DNA from: an uncultured virus (IMG/VR IMGVR_UViG_3300012209_000001) | Lineage: Duplodnaviria > Heunggongvirae > Uroviricota > Caudoviricetes | Strand: one strand, 5' to 3' | IMG/VR virus record: IMGVR_UViG_3300012209_000001 | Length of the DNA stretch: 64,000 bases | Part shown: piece by piece, positions 39,110 to 49,351 of the stretch | How the letters are laid out: each line of letters starts with the position of its first letter | Numbering within the stretch: the stretch's first letter is position 1 | Notes under the pieces: generated by a model | What the model was told of the DNA's origin: nothing | Database searches by the model: none | The model's input: only the letters and a program-made list of their open reading frames with translations | Program-made: the position numbers and the translations under genes

Positions 39110-39360
39110 CGCTTGCCCGCCTTAGCTATTCTTAGCATAAGCATAACATGGAAGCAGGCAAGTATCAATGTGCCATCTTGTGCTATTCACCGCCTGTGAT
39201 CATTTTTTCACTCCCTCCTTCCTCTCTTTCTGTTTCTCTACCAATCGAGCTCTTATCCTGGCTCTATGATGAGCACTACAGATGTTCCCCTTCAATTCAT
39301 CATACATCGTGGGCTCCCTGCCTTCGCACATATAGCATGGCCGAGTTGATTGATTGGCGC

Positions 39361-39546
39361 TCATAACTTTCTCTCACTCTCCTCAGTTGGAAACACCATC
39401 TCCAAAAACCTCACAGCTTCCTCACCCGCTAACGGTCCAATCACCATGCCCGTCGGCTCCTCCACCTTCCCAGCCAACTTCTCCTGTCGCCATTGCGCGA
39501 CCAGGCGGTCCATTTCCTCTTGCGTCATCGCCTCTTCATCCATCAT
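39361..39546 (-). CDS. Hypothetical protein
   Basis: GAGGG RBS. Confidence 0.5.
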   Translation of the reverse strand: MMDEEAMTQEEMDRLVAQWRQEKLAGKVEEPTGMVIGPLAGEEAVRFLEMVFPTEESERKL

Positions 39547-39584
39547 TTCCCTCTCACTTTCTTATCGCTCTCGCATCGAACACA

Positions 39585-40946
39585 CTACGAAATTCTCACT
39601 TTTCGGTTCGCCAGATACGACCGTACACTTCCGGCCTTAATCAATTTTCCTTCCTGATCTTCTGCCAATAACTTCCCCTGTTTGCGTAACTCTCGGACGT
39701 ATCTTTCGGAACAATTGAGTACCTCTGCTACTTCCGCGATGATGAGCGGTTTACGTCGCGTTAAGATGTTAAGGGTGGAAGTATGTTGTTCCGTGGAACC
39801 TCCACCATTTGCGCTATTCTCTTCGCGAACTACTTCCACTTCCGGGTCAGTTATTGGTTCCTCAGTATCGACAGGTTCCGTATTATAGAGATTTTGGTAT
39901 TGCTCCTCAGATACTTCCTCAAAAAGTTCCGCGTCTTCGTCATCGGTAGGAAGTAAATTGCTTCCACCATCAATCTTACTTTGAGTGCCCAGAGGAGATA
40001 TAATTTCCTCCTGTTTTACTTCCACTTTTTGAGCATGATTGAGCGTGGCTATCTCCTGTGCTTTCAACCTCCAAAACCGGGCACTGGCGGGGCGTTTCAT
40101 TCCCAAGTAATCAGCGATTTGCTCGTCTGTAGCATCAGGATATCGTTGCAAAAAGGCTACTGTTAGAACCAATTTATCTGACTCATCAGTGGAAGGCTGC
40201 ACATCCACTTTTGCTTCCACAGATTGAGGCACTTCTGGTAGAGATGCAGGTTGCACTTCTTCCTCCTGCACAATCTTCTTGATCCCTGTTACGGTTTCCT
40301 TGCCAGCCTGAACAGTGCCCAACACGGCACCCTTTACGCGACCCTGAATACTTCCACCTTGTACCTCTTTGAGTTCCTTTTCTACTTCCTTCCGATCACG
40401 CAATTCTGTCAACCGCGAGCGCATCTCCTCAACAGTTTCAACCTTCTGATTCATGACCGTATGGAGCATCGCAGTGTAGGCTAATGAAAACAATGGAACA
40501 GCCGAGATAATACAGGGGGTAATGTAGCCAGTGGTCGTAATACCGAACGCGATACTGATGTTCCATATGTCTGCCTGGCGGATAGGATCGTTATTCATCC
40601 CGTAAAGATAATTGGCATACCAGGAGAGGAGAGAGAGAGCAACAATGAACACCCAGGTCACACCCGACCTGGCACCCTTACCTGCTACCTGCACCCAGGA
40701 CAGCCACGCAATCATCACGTCAATACCTACAGCTACACCGTAGGTTGTAACGAGTGTATACCAGCTTCCATCCTTCGGCTCATAAGATTGGTAGAGCCAG
40801 GCCACGTGTGGGATAGAAACCGCCAGAAATGATAAGAACGCACCCCAGAACAAACCAAGCGTGATAATGCGCTGCACCTTCGAGACAGCCTTCTCCTCGT
40901 GCGCGATAGGCTGCTGTGGTTGCCCTTGTTGTACCATCGTTGCCAT
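39585..40946 (-). CDS. Multi-pass membrane protein (DUF2637/Spd-like) with C-terminal HTH domains
   Basis: Four TM helices (AVGID motif), coiled coil, AEVAEVLNCSERYVR HTH. Confidence 0.65.
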   Translation of the reverse strand: MATMVQQGQPQQPIAHEEKAVSKVQRIITLGLFWGAFLSFLAVSIPHVAWLYQSYEPKDGSWYTLVTTYGVAVGIDVMIAWLSWVQVAGKGARSGVTWVFIVALSLLSWYANYLYGMNNDPIRQADIWNISIAFGITTTGYITPCIISAVPLFSLAYTAMLHTVMNQKVETVEEMRSRLTELRDRKEVEKELKEVQGGSIQGRVKGAVLGTVQAGKETVTGIKKIVQEEEVQPASLPEVPQSVEAKVDVQPSTDESDKLVLTVAFLQRYPDATDEQIADYLGMKRPASARFWRLKAQEIATLNHAQKVEVKQEEIISPLGTQSKIDGGSNLLPTDDEDAELFEEVSEEQYQNLYNTEPVDTEEPITDPEVEVVREENSANGGGSTEQHTSTLNILTRRKPLIIAEVAEVLNCSERYVRELRKQGKLLAEDQEGKLIKAGSVRSYLANRKVRIS

Positions 40947-40965
40947 AACTACAATCCTTTCACTA

Positions 40966-41292
40966 CTACAAATCAAACTCAATCACCGTCTCGTCCGACT
41001 TACGAGACTTTCCGTTGCTATCTATAGCGCCGAAGTAATCAATAACATCAAGGTCGCCAGAATATACGATAGTAGCAAACAATCTTACCAGGCCAGAGTT
41101 GTCGGGAAGAATAACATGAGAGTAACTAACGCTGTGGATAGTGACAACGGTTCCCAAGCGATTAATATATTCGTTCAATCTACGGTGTCCTCTGTTCACA
41201 GAACCTTCTGTATAACCGCCGTTATCCTCATGCCACCCGCGATCGCCAAAAAATGTGAGCACTTTATGGTGCTCGTACTTCCTTGCTGACAT
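40966..41292 (-). CDS. Hypothetical protein
   Basis: AGGAGG/AAGGA RBS. Confidence 0.55.
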   Translation of the reverse strand: MSARKYEHHKVLTFFGDRGWHEDNGGYTEGSVNRGHRRLNEYINRLGTVVTIHSVSYSHVILPDNSGLVRLFATIVYSGDLDVIDYFGAIDSNGKSRKSDETVIEFDL

Positions 41293-41321
41293 CCTTGTTA
41301 TCCTCCTATTTGCTCTTTAAA

Positions 41322-41426
41322 TGGCTCTGTGTGGGCTAGTGTGTGTGTCGGAGTAAATCCGTGTGCATGGCTCTACAAGCGGCACACAGAGCCACGCACG
41401 CACACACACAGGACACACACACTAGC
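41322..41426. repeat. GT/CA-rich nested inverted repeat
   Basis: 15-bp perfect stem 41335-41349/41412-41426; alternative 12-bp stem 41322-41333/41383-41394. Confidence 0.75.
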
Positions 41427-41787
41427 TAGCCCTCTTTAAACTTCTAATATTCACGCATTGAATACATGTGCGCCAAACACGTCCATTCTTCTCTCGAATC
41501 CGTGTATTGTCAGAATTGAAAACATGGCCTCTAATACAACACAACTTTCTAGCATGTTGATTTTTAGTTAGTTGTCGATGTGTTGTTTTATCTAGTGCTA
41601 CTAAGTGATCGGGATTGATACAGTCCCTTGTTTCGCAATCGTGATGTACTTCATATCCATCGGGTATAACGCCATGAGCTTTTTCGTAGGCTTCACGATG
41701 GACATACACTTTACTACCCTTAGACATGTAGTATCCATATCCATGAGGATCTGTTTTTCCGCAGAAGAGAATGCAATTATCCCTCAT
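41422..41787 (-). CDS. HNH endonuclease
   Basis: GYG, VHR, VHHDC..RDCINPDHL, CIRGH motifs. Confidence 0.9.
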   Translation of the reverse strand: MRDNCILFCGKTDPHGYGYYMSKGSKVYVHREAYEKAHGVIPDGYEVHHDCETRDCINPDHLVALDKTTHRQLTKNQHARKLCCIRGHVFNSDNTRIREKNGRVWRTCIQCVNIRSLKRAS

Positions 41788-43312
41788 CTTCAGCCTCCAT
41801 CTTCTCGATAGCCATCTGAATTTTCGGCTGAAGATTACGTGCCTGATTTGGATTTATCTCAAGTGCGGCAGCAAGTTTACTGATAGAAGTGTGACCTTCT
41901 AAGTAAGCATTGATACCACGCTGTAGTAATTCAGCTTCTTTATTCACACGAGGCGGACGCTTTGGCTGCAACTCTTCCATATCAGCCAACCTACGAGTAA
42001 CGGCTGGCTCAAGCATCTGAGTCTGATTTACACGGGTAAGATTACCCAGGCCAGGAGTATAGCTGTAATTCTTAGTGAATCTCTCACGAATACGGGTGCG
42101 GAAACCGATAATGTTGGGCGGCCAGTGCAGGCGGAATATGAACACCTCACCCTGCAACATGCTAAGAACTTCATTTCTATCCAGACCACGTTTCTCATAC
42201 CCAGCAAGATCAATGGGCTCGTTCTGCTTCAGTAAGAACATCCACTGTGCCTGCATTACCTGCTTGTTGATACGGCTGTATTTCTGAGTTGCAAACGTAG
42301 AACCTATGGCTCGTTTAAGGCCCTGAGCAACCACTGTATTGAAGAATGTCTGATGAAGCAGGGTTTGATGTTCTTTGGTCACGTAACTATCAGCCAGATT
42401 TTGTGGCAACCACTTATGGGCTTCATCAAGGACAATCTCTGTTGGAATGCGGTATTCAACATCGCGCTCTTGCTGCCAATCATTGATACCAGCAACAATC
42501 TCAACCATAATTACGGCTGCGTCATCATCTGCATATGACTTCAGGTTTACAACTACCTGTAATCTCTCTTCTACGATACGACGGCCAAAATCATAGGCTT
42601 CATCTAGTTCAAGGGCTTCGTAGCAATGTTTGGCATGGCTCTCATTGCGCCAGTTCTCATGGCCTGCGTGAACCATACGCTGTAGGTGCTTTGGGTCAAG
42701 CAGGCCATCATACTCATCTTCAGTGTCAAAAACGCATATCGGCATACCTGTTGGACCCATGTTCTCAACAAGCACTGCTATCAGGTTGCTCTTGCCAGAA
42801 CGCGTGATACCGCACACAAACTTTGTTGCTGGCACCAGGCTATGGATAGTGGGATTGAAGTTGGGTGCTAGATTTGCCCCTTCCTTTTCGAAGATTTGCG
42901 GTGGAGGACCGTCACCATCCACGGCTCCATCATCATAGCTGATGACGCTGGTAGAGGAAGCAGGAACCAATGCTCGGCTTGTGCCCGCTATAACTTCTTC
43001 ACCCTGTACCGTTTCAGGCTCATACCCAACCATCAATTGGGCAAAGCCTTTGCGTGTTAGGTGCATGTTCTCTATCTTGCGCTTCGCCAGCTTCACCCCC
43101 AGGATGAACAGGCCGAGGATCACCCCGGCCCCAATCATCGCAAAGAAGATCCCCTGCATGCCCAGATGGAGACTTTGCGCAGGAACAACAATCAGTGCAA
43201 GAAGCAGGAAGTACACCACGATATAAATTGCCGTGTAATCCTTCTTCGGCTGCTCGTATACCACGAACTCTTGCGCCTCTTCATCCCAATACATATCTTG
43301 TTGTTGTGCCAT
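41777..43312 (-). CDS. Membrane-anchored HerA/FtsK/VirD4-like ATPase
   Basis: Two N-terminal TM helices, GITRSGKS Walker A, VFDTEDEY, IVLDEAH Walker B, ATQ, C-terminal HTH. Confidence 0.8.
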   Translation of the reverse strand: MAQQQDMYWDEEAQEFVVYEQPKKDYTAIYIVVYFLLLALIVVPAQSLHLGMQGIFFAMIGAGVILGLFILGVKLAKRKIENMHLTRKGFAQLMVGYEPETVQGEEVIAGTSRALVPASSTSVISYDDGAVDGDGPPPQIFEKEGANLAPNFNPTIHSLVPATKFVCGITRSGKSNLIAVLVENMGPTGMPICVFDTEDEYDGLLDPKHLQRMVHAGHENWRNESHAKHCYEALELDEAYDFGRRIVEERLQVVVNLKSYADDDAAVIMVEIVAGINDWQQERDVEYRIPTEIVLDEAHKWLPQNLADSYVTKEHQTLLHQTFFNTVVAQGLKRAIGSTFATQKYSRINKQVMQAQWMFLLKQNEPIDLAGYEKRGLDRNEVLSMLQGEVFIFRLHWPPNIIGFRTRIRERFTKNYSYTPGLGNLTRVNQTQMLEPAVTRRLADMEELQPKRPPRVNKEAELLQRGINAYLEGHTSISKLAAALEINPNQARNLQPKIQMAIEKMEAEDEG

Positions 43313-43326
43313 GACAGATATCCTTT

Positions 43327-44016
43327 CTAATCGCCGCTATCGCGATGCATCAGGTTGTGAGCTGCTGCAAACCCGGCGGTGATGTACTCGATAGAGCGAA
43401 CAAAAGCGATAGTGGAAAGGGCATACAAAGCCACGGCGTAAATGAAAATCACGAATACCTGCGTTCCAGGGTCCAGGTGCATCGTGTAAGATTGAATGAA
43501 GGTATAATCCCCGATCGTGTCCACCACAAAGCCGAGCGCACCCCAGATCAACACAAGGTTCACATGCTGTATCATCTCAACTGCGGTGTTGCGCATAGCC
43601 TGTGCTTTATCGGCTCCGCCACTGCTACCACCAGCCGCCACACGCATATTGTGCTTTTTCCAGGTGGTGTCCAGTCGCCAGGTCAGCATCGTCAGTGCAA
43701 ACTGAAAGCTAAAGGCGATCAGCGCGCAAATACAGAAGATGACCGGCTGTCTTTGTGCATCTATCGGAGTGCCAATCGGGTTGAAGATAAACCAGAACGC
43801 CGTGAAGGTCGTCACCATCTGCCAGATGTTGGCGGCAAACCCTGAGAATGTGCCAATACCACCAATGACGTACATCGCACCGGGGGCCGTGTGGACCGTC
43901 TCATCGGGCGCTTGCCGCACAAACACACGCTCGCGTTGCTTCGGGCCAGCCCCATTGCTACCGGTTGACCCACCACCAGAGGAGGTGGACTTCTTTTTGA
44001 GGTAGTTATATGCCAT
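43327..44016 (-). CDS. Multi-pass membrane protein (229 aa)
   Basis: About four hydrophobic helices; adjacent to the ATPase. Confidence 0.7.
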   Translation of the reverse strand: MAYNYLKKKSTSSGGGSTGSNGAGPKQRERVFVRQAPDETVHTAPGAMYVIGGIGTFSGFAANIWQMVTTFTAFWFIFNPIGTPIDAQRQPVIFCICALIAFSFQFALTMLTWRLDTTWKKHNMRVAAGGSSGGADKAQAMRNTAVEMIQHVNLVLIWGALGFVVDTIGDYTFIQSYTMHLDPGTQVFVIFIYAVALYALSTIAFVRSIEYITAGFAAAHNLMHRDSGD

Positions 44017-44018
44017 CC

Positions 44019-44427
44019 TTACGCCTTCTTTCTGAACGTTTGTACGATCGCGTATATCATGCCGACAATCGTGAGCACACCCTGGACAACATAGCCAATG
44101 AGCATGGCTGTGCCTGCGTGAAGGGCTCCATCATGGAAGTACAGGCTGTCCAGCAACCCGTTCACGACGATACAGAACACGTTGATGCTAGTAGCAATGA
44201 ATAATCCCTTAGTCACCCGGTCCATACTAGCGTCCCTTCTTCACAACTACACGCGCTACAACAATTCGACTCGCAAGAACCACCGCCATCATCAGCACAT
44301 TCACGGCAATCACCACGTTCCAGTTGTTCGTGTTGCTGCCACTCGCCAGGCTCATCACGGTGGCAAATCCATTGATGAGCATCTGGAATATCAGCACCTG
44401 GATCGCTAGATCGTCCAACTTCCTCAT
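44019..44427 (-). CDS. Two small 2-TM proteins (44019-44225, 44227-44427)
   Basis: Hydrophobic, tightly packed ORFs. Confidence 0.6.
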
Positions 44428-44741
44428 GCTTGCCCCTGCTGCTTCTCATCCAACAAAGGTATCTTGCCCGTCCTCAAGTTAATCGGCACGACCAGGGTCA
44501 ACAGAGCAACCTCGTGCAGTTCCTCCTTGTTCAGTGGGTTCGTTGGGCTGCCAAATCTGGACCACAACTCTTTGAATCTCCGCTTCTGCTCCTCAGTCAT
44601 TCTCGAACATCCTTTCATCTTGCACCACAGGCGGCCTCCTGCTAGAATGCAAGATGCCGTTTTAGTGGCTCGCAACTGCTACTCGGTCACTGCTCACTCA
44701 GTTGGTTTGGTCACTGGACTGAGTGAGCATACAAAAACACA

Positions 44742-45213
44742 CTACGCTTCCTGCAACTGTTCCTCGTCAAACCATGCCGGGTCCAACCGTGTCTCCTCAA
44801 GCGATGCACCATCCCATGATTTGCGCTCAGTTTTACGGCCTCGATCAAACACACACCAATAATCGCTGGCATCAGCGCGCTCAACCACGGCTGACTCTCG
44901 CTCAATCCCAGCATCCACTTCCGTCACCAGCACTCGCTGACCCACCCGAAACTTTAACATTCTCTCTCTCGCTCCTCTCTCACCGCTCTCGCCGAACGAT
45001 GCACTACTCTTGCTTAGTATCTACACCGATACGCTTTAGCACGTCGGCTTCAGATAGTTTTTCGATGGTTCTTTCGCTCCCCATGTATCTAGATAGCTGC
45101 TTGCCTGCTTCTCGGCGTTTGGCGTAGCCATATCGTGTTTGATATAGTTTTGTCCAATTTAGCCGCCATCCATGTTTCTTGAGCAAAGCTTTTAAGCTCT
45201 GTTCATCCACCAT
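44742..45213 (-). CDS. Two small proteins (44742-44960 SH3-like; 45004-45213)
   Basis: RBS-preceded; KFRVGQRV motif. Confidence 0.55.
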
Positions 45214-45253
45214 GCATCACCTCTTTTGAACTAGCCTCATACGGCATAGATTA

Positions 45254-45282
45254 ATTGTAACCCTATAAGGTCACAAAGTCAA
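45254..45282 (-). promoter_or_regulatory. Leftward sigma70 promoter with palindromic operator
   Basis: TTGACT-17-TACAAT; TTGTAACC-N6-GGTCACAA at 45255-45276. Confidence 0.6.
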
Positions 45283-45443
45283 GAGATTTTGCAGGTAAAT
45301 TTGGTTAATTAATAAAATTAACACCTATATTGTATCATATCACCATTTTAGGAAGGGTTTCATTGCGGGTTTGTTTGTAATCGTGTATGCTGTAAGAAAA
45401 GTAAATTTAGTAAATTTTACAAATATCCGAAAGGTAATTTACT

Positions 45444-46604
45444 ATGCCGCAGCGCAAAGCACCACCTTCTGGCTACTGTACGGCTACTGAGGCAATGAAA
45501 ATTTTAGGAAATAAAATGCTCTATCGGTATATTGAGCGTGGGCTTATCCATCCTCTAGGGCCTGAGATCCGCAAACACAAGTATTACTCGATCAGTGAAC
45601 TAGAGCAGGTTAGAGCCCAGGAAACAGCTTTCTATAATCCACCTAAGACAATTGAGCAAGCACTACAAAATCACACCATTTCTTTTAGCCGGGCTACACC
45701 AGACGATATGGAAGGTGTCTATGCTGTAGCCTCCAAGCTTTTTCACCACACGACAAGTGCTGATGCTCGCAAGCCTCTGGTAGATCGCTGTCCAGATGGA
45801 AACTACATCTTGAAGGACAATGGCATCATTGTTGCTTACATTCACTTACAGCCATTGAAGCATGATCGGCTCATGGAATTTATGCATGGAAGGCTTAGGG
45901 GTTGGGAGCTTTCCGTTGACGATTTACAATGTTTCCCTATAGGCACATCTATAGAATTGTTAATAAAAAGCGTCGGAGCCTATGCCGAGAAACCAGCGAT
46001 GCAACGGTTCTACATGCAACGCCTTCTCGTTGGTACTGCTCATGCTATCGCACAACTCGGAAGTAAAGGAGTATATATTACCAAGTTGTACGCCACCAGC
46101 GAGACGCCAACTGGCATTGAAATGGCGATAAGAGCAAAGATGACTTCCATGGGTCCAATGAAGGGGTCCAAGGGAATGAAGCGTTACGCTTTTGTGCTAG
46201 ATGTGGCTACATCTGATCTACAGTTAGTACATCCCTATCAAGTAGCGTATGCCATGTGGCAATCAGAACGCACTGCACCAGTCCGGGCAGCAGTTACATC
46301 TCTAAAGAAACCTCCACCAACGGCAACCATAAAATCAAATCGGGACTCTCTACCAGCCGATATGACAAACTTCACGCATTTCTACCGACGACACATGATC
46401 GCTGACGCAACGGCTGGCCGAGCACGTATTAATGGAAAGATTACGGCAACAGCAGGGAAATGGAGGGACGAAACTGGGCATCCAATCCAATGGGCACTTG
46501 ACCAGGCGCAACAGAGCGACTTTTGCAAGTACTTCAAACTGTACTCTCCAGATGCGAAGCTTGTAGAGTGTGGTAATCCTGATTGTGTCTGTCATTTTGT
46601 ATGA
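45444..46604 (+). CDS. HTH-GNAT-like fusion regulator (386 aa)
   Basis: N-terminal excisionase/MerR-like HTH (TATEAMKIL...YIERG); central GNAT-like RATPDD...LYATSETPTG. Confidence 0.55.
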   Translation: MPQRKAPPSGYCTATEAMKILGNKMLYRYIERGLIHPLGPEIRKHKYYSISELEQVRAQETAFYNPPKTIEQALQNHTISFSRATPDDMEGVYAVASKLFHHTTSADARKPLVDRCPDGNYILKDNGIIVAYIHLQPLKHDRLMEFMHGRLRGWELSVDDLQCFPIGTSIELLIKSVGAYAEKPAMQRFYMQRLLVGTAHAIAQLGSKGVYITKLYATSETPTGIEMAIRAKMTSMGPMKGSKGMKRYAFVLDVATSDLQLVHPYQVAYAMWQSERTAPVRAAVTSLKKPPPTATIKSNRDSLPADMTNFTHFYRRHMIADATAGRARINGKITATAGKWRDETGHPIQWALDQAQQSDFCKYFKLYSPDAKLVECGNPDCVCHFV

Positions 46605-46645
46605 ATCAAAGGAGCCTTGAGTGCCTGCTCAAGGCTCCTACTCAC

Positions 46646-46998
46646 TCAAATGTTCTTCCACCAGATACCAGCCACAATCACCCCGACAACAATCACCCAC
46701 ATCTCAGCACTATTCGCTTCAAGCCTGTAGTAATACTCCACCTCTTTTTCAATAACCGATGGAGGCATTGGTGCTCGCGACACTTTCACCGTTTGCCGAT
46801 GCCAGCCTACGAACTCGGCTTTACTAACCTTATTCAGTCCGTTAACTGTGTAGCCACCTGTACCATCTGCGTGTAGGAAGTGATGCCGGTATTTCTTGCT
46901 GATGTAGCCTTTAAGCGTCCGTTCAGAATAGCCTATTGCTTTACACATCATGTCAATCGTAAGCCGTCTCTTAAATCTCTCAGCACGCTTAAAATAGT
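46646..46998 (-). pseudogene. 5'-truncated gene remnant next to the ISL3 end
   Basis: Protein-like frame (HTH-like plus C-terminal TM) runs into the TIR. Confidence 0.4.
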
Positions 46999-47164
46999 GG
47001 CTAATCGCGATACCGCGTGGGATTGCTCCATTTTTCACACTCCGACAAACTATCTCAACATCGCGAAAGTGCGTGGGATAGCAACAAGATGCCCGTAGTA
47101 ATCGTCCCTCACTTGCTACCGGAAACATAACCACAAAAGAGAATTTCTTAGGTAATATTCTGCA

Positions 47165-48463
47165 ATGGGAGAGATGCCCTTGGACCTCTTGGGGCTGGAT
47201 GGCTTTCGCGTTCTTGTCGTGGATGAGCATACACATGATTTTCACTTCCAGGTGGGGTTGATAGCCCCGCCTCTTCAATGTGCCCATTGCGGTCATCACA
47301 AGCTGCATCGCCACGAGAGAAAGTCTCAACTGTTCATGGACTTGCCCATTCGAGGAAAGCGCGTTGGGATCACTGTTCAACGCTATCGTTTTCTCTGTTG
47401 TGCTTGTCGCCGTACCTTCTTCGAGCCAGTGCCAGCCATGAACGAAAGCCATTTCATGACCAATCGCCTGATCACCTACATCCAGCAGGAAGCACTGAGA
47501 AGAACCTTTGTGAGCATCGCTGATGAAACTGGCCTGGTGGAAAGCACGATCCGTGCCCTCTTCAGTGAGTTCGCTGCTACCATTCAACCTCGCTTTCCAG
47601 ATAACGAGCTGCTCTACCTGGGCATTGACGAGTTGTATTTGCTGCATCAATACCGTTGTGTTATCACCGATGTCCATAACCATCACATTATTGATTTGCT
47701 TCGAGATCGGACCAAGGCAACCGTTATCAGCTATCTGCACAACTTGCCCACCGCCACAAAGGAGCGCATCACCGTTGTGTGCACTGACATGTGGGCCAGT
47801 TACCACGATGCAACACATGAAGCCTTGCCATATGCCAAGCTGGTTGTAGACAAGTTCCATGTTCTGAAACTGCTTTCGGGATGTCTGGAAACTGTCCGCA
47901 AGCAGATACGAAAGAGCCTGACCGACAAACAACGCAGAACCTTGATGCACGATAGGTTCCTTTTGCTCAGACGCCCTCACGACCTGGAAGAACGTGAGAT
48001 GCTGGTTCTTGAAGCCTGGTTGAAGAACTTTCCCCAATTGGAAACCGCCTATCGCCTCAAAGAAGCTTTTTACCGCATCTACGAAGCCCCAACAGAAGAA
48101 GCCGCCTTGCAAAAGTACTTTGCCTGGCTCGAACAGATCACCCCAGAAGTCTTTGATGCTTTTGTGCCCTTCACACTGGCAATAGAGCACTACGGGGACG
48201 CCATTTTCAACTACTTCACCTACCGGTACACCGCTGGATACACTGAAAGTCTGAACGGTCTGATGAAGTTGACCCAACGAATGGGACGCGGATATAGCTT
48301 TGAGGCAATCCGCGCCAAGGTACTGTTGACGAACGGCTTGCGGAAAACATCGCGACCTGGCTACGGGAAAACTTGGATGTACGAACCCGATGTTCTCACG
48401 CAAGAAACAATGACTACTCAAAACGCTCTCCTTCCCATTAAGTCCAGCAAGACGAGCCGCTAG
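47165..48463 (+). CDS. ISL3 transposase
   Basis: Zinc finger, LGIDE, CTDMW, VVDKFHV, TESLNG. Confidence 0.95.
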   Translation: MGEMPLDLLGLDGFRVLVVDEHTHDFHFQVGLIAPPLQCAHCGHHKLHRHERKSQLFMDLPIRGKRVGITVQRYRFLCCACRRTFFEPVPAMNESHFMTNRLITYIQQEALRRTFVSIADETGLVESTIRALFSEFAATIQPRFPDNELLYLGIDELYLLHQYRCVITDVHNHHIIDLLRDRTKATVISYLHNLPTATKERITVVCTDMWASYHDATHEALPYAKLVVDKFHVLKLLSGCLETVRKQIRKSLTDKQRRTLMHDRFLLLRRPHDLEEREMLVLEAWLKNFPQLETAYRLKEAFYRIYEAPTEEAALQKYFAWLEQITPEVFDAFVPFTLAIEHYGDAIFNYFTYRYTAGYTESLNGLMKLTQRMGRGYSFEAIRAKVLLTNGLRKTSRPGYGKTWMYEPDVLTQETMTTQNALLPIKSSKTSR

Positions 48464-49226
48464 TTTGACAGCCAGCACCAAACAATCCTTCTTGCGTATC
48501 AGCCTTAGAAAAATCAATCTCATCTAGTGGTTTACGGTCTTCATGTAACCACACGCCAGAATGACCAGACTTCAGGTCGTTCTCTAAGATAACCTTACCT
48601 ATGGCTACAGCTTTTCTATGGTCTGCTGGATAGAGTAATTTTTGTCTCTGCCATTGTGGGTTGCGCCGATGAGGGCAAATCACACAACAACTCTTCGGTG
48701 GTTCTGGCTTACCTTGTTTCGCTATGTACTGGATACAATCACGACGACTCATCTGGACGCCGTAGCCAACACTACGTGGCATACCAACAAGAGGCCATAC
48801 ATGCTGCACCCAAGCCACATCAGACGGTTTCAAGCGCTCAATTTCATCGGTAGACATGCCCAACCACATATCGCACTTTTCTACTCCCAGACTACGCAGG
48901 TAACGCAAGACAACCCGGCGTTTCCATTCGTTGCTGCAAAAGGTTGGAAGTTTGCCCTTTTCTGTGTACGCTGGTATGAGCAAATCGCCTTTCTTTGAAT
49001 ACATATCAACCGTTGCCAGTGTATGAGGTGCGATATGAAAGCTCAGGGTAGAGTCACATTTATAAAGCATTGGAAGAATGACCTTAAAAAGGTATTCCCA
49101 CGTCTCCATTGTTTCCAGGTCGGTATCTGCCATAACGATGATGTCGGGACGTGGAAGCTTGCCCTCAACAACTAGCAGGGCTATCGCAATAGACTGCGTA
49201 CCACCCCCATAACTCCAAACAATCAT
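48438..49226 (-). CDS. PAPS reductase-like (PP-loop) protein
   Basis: SYGGGTQS, ADT..E, CSNEWK, PPKSCCVICP. Confidence 0.8.
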   Translation of the reverse strand: MIVWSYGGGTQSIAIALLVVEGKLPRPDIIVMADTDLETMETWEYLFKVILPMLYKCDSTLSFHIAPHTLATVDMYSKKGDLLIPAYTEKGKLPTFCSNEWKRRVVLRYLRSLGVEKCDMWLGMSTDEIERLKPSDVAWVQHVWPLVGMPRSVGYGVQMSRRDCIQYIAKQGKPEPPKSCCVICPHRRNPQWQRQKLLYPADHRKAVAIGKVILENDLKSGHSGVWLHEDRKPLDEIDFSKADTQEGLFGAGCQTSGSSCWT

Positions 49227-49351
49227 TTCAGCCTCACTTCCTTTATCTCGCTGGTTTGCAATCCCACACGCACATTTGCCCCTCGCTGGTGTGAAATTTT
49301 CACACAATCCCACGCGGTATCGCGATTAGCCGTTATTTTCCCGGTCCTATT

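Larger units (their letters stand above)
46999..49331 (+). mobile_element. ISL3-family transposon with passenger gene
   Basis: Perfect 27-bp TIR GGCTAATCGCGATACCGCGTGGGATTG at 46999-47025 and 49305-49331; no target duplication. Confidence 0.85.

Noticed and set aside
46646..48523. 625-aa minus-strand ORF
   Set aside because: Mostly antisense to the ISL3 transposase; only the part outside the TIR looks like real coding sequence.
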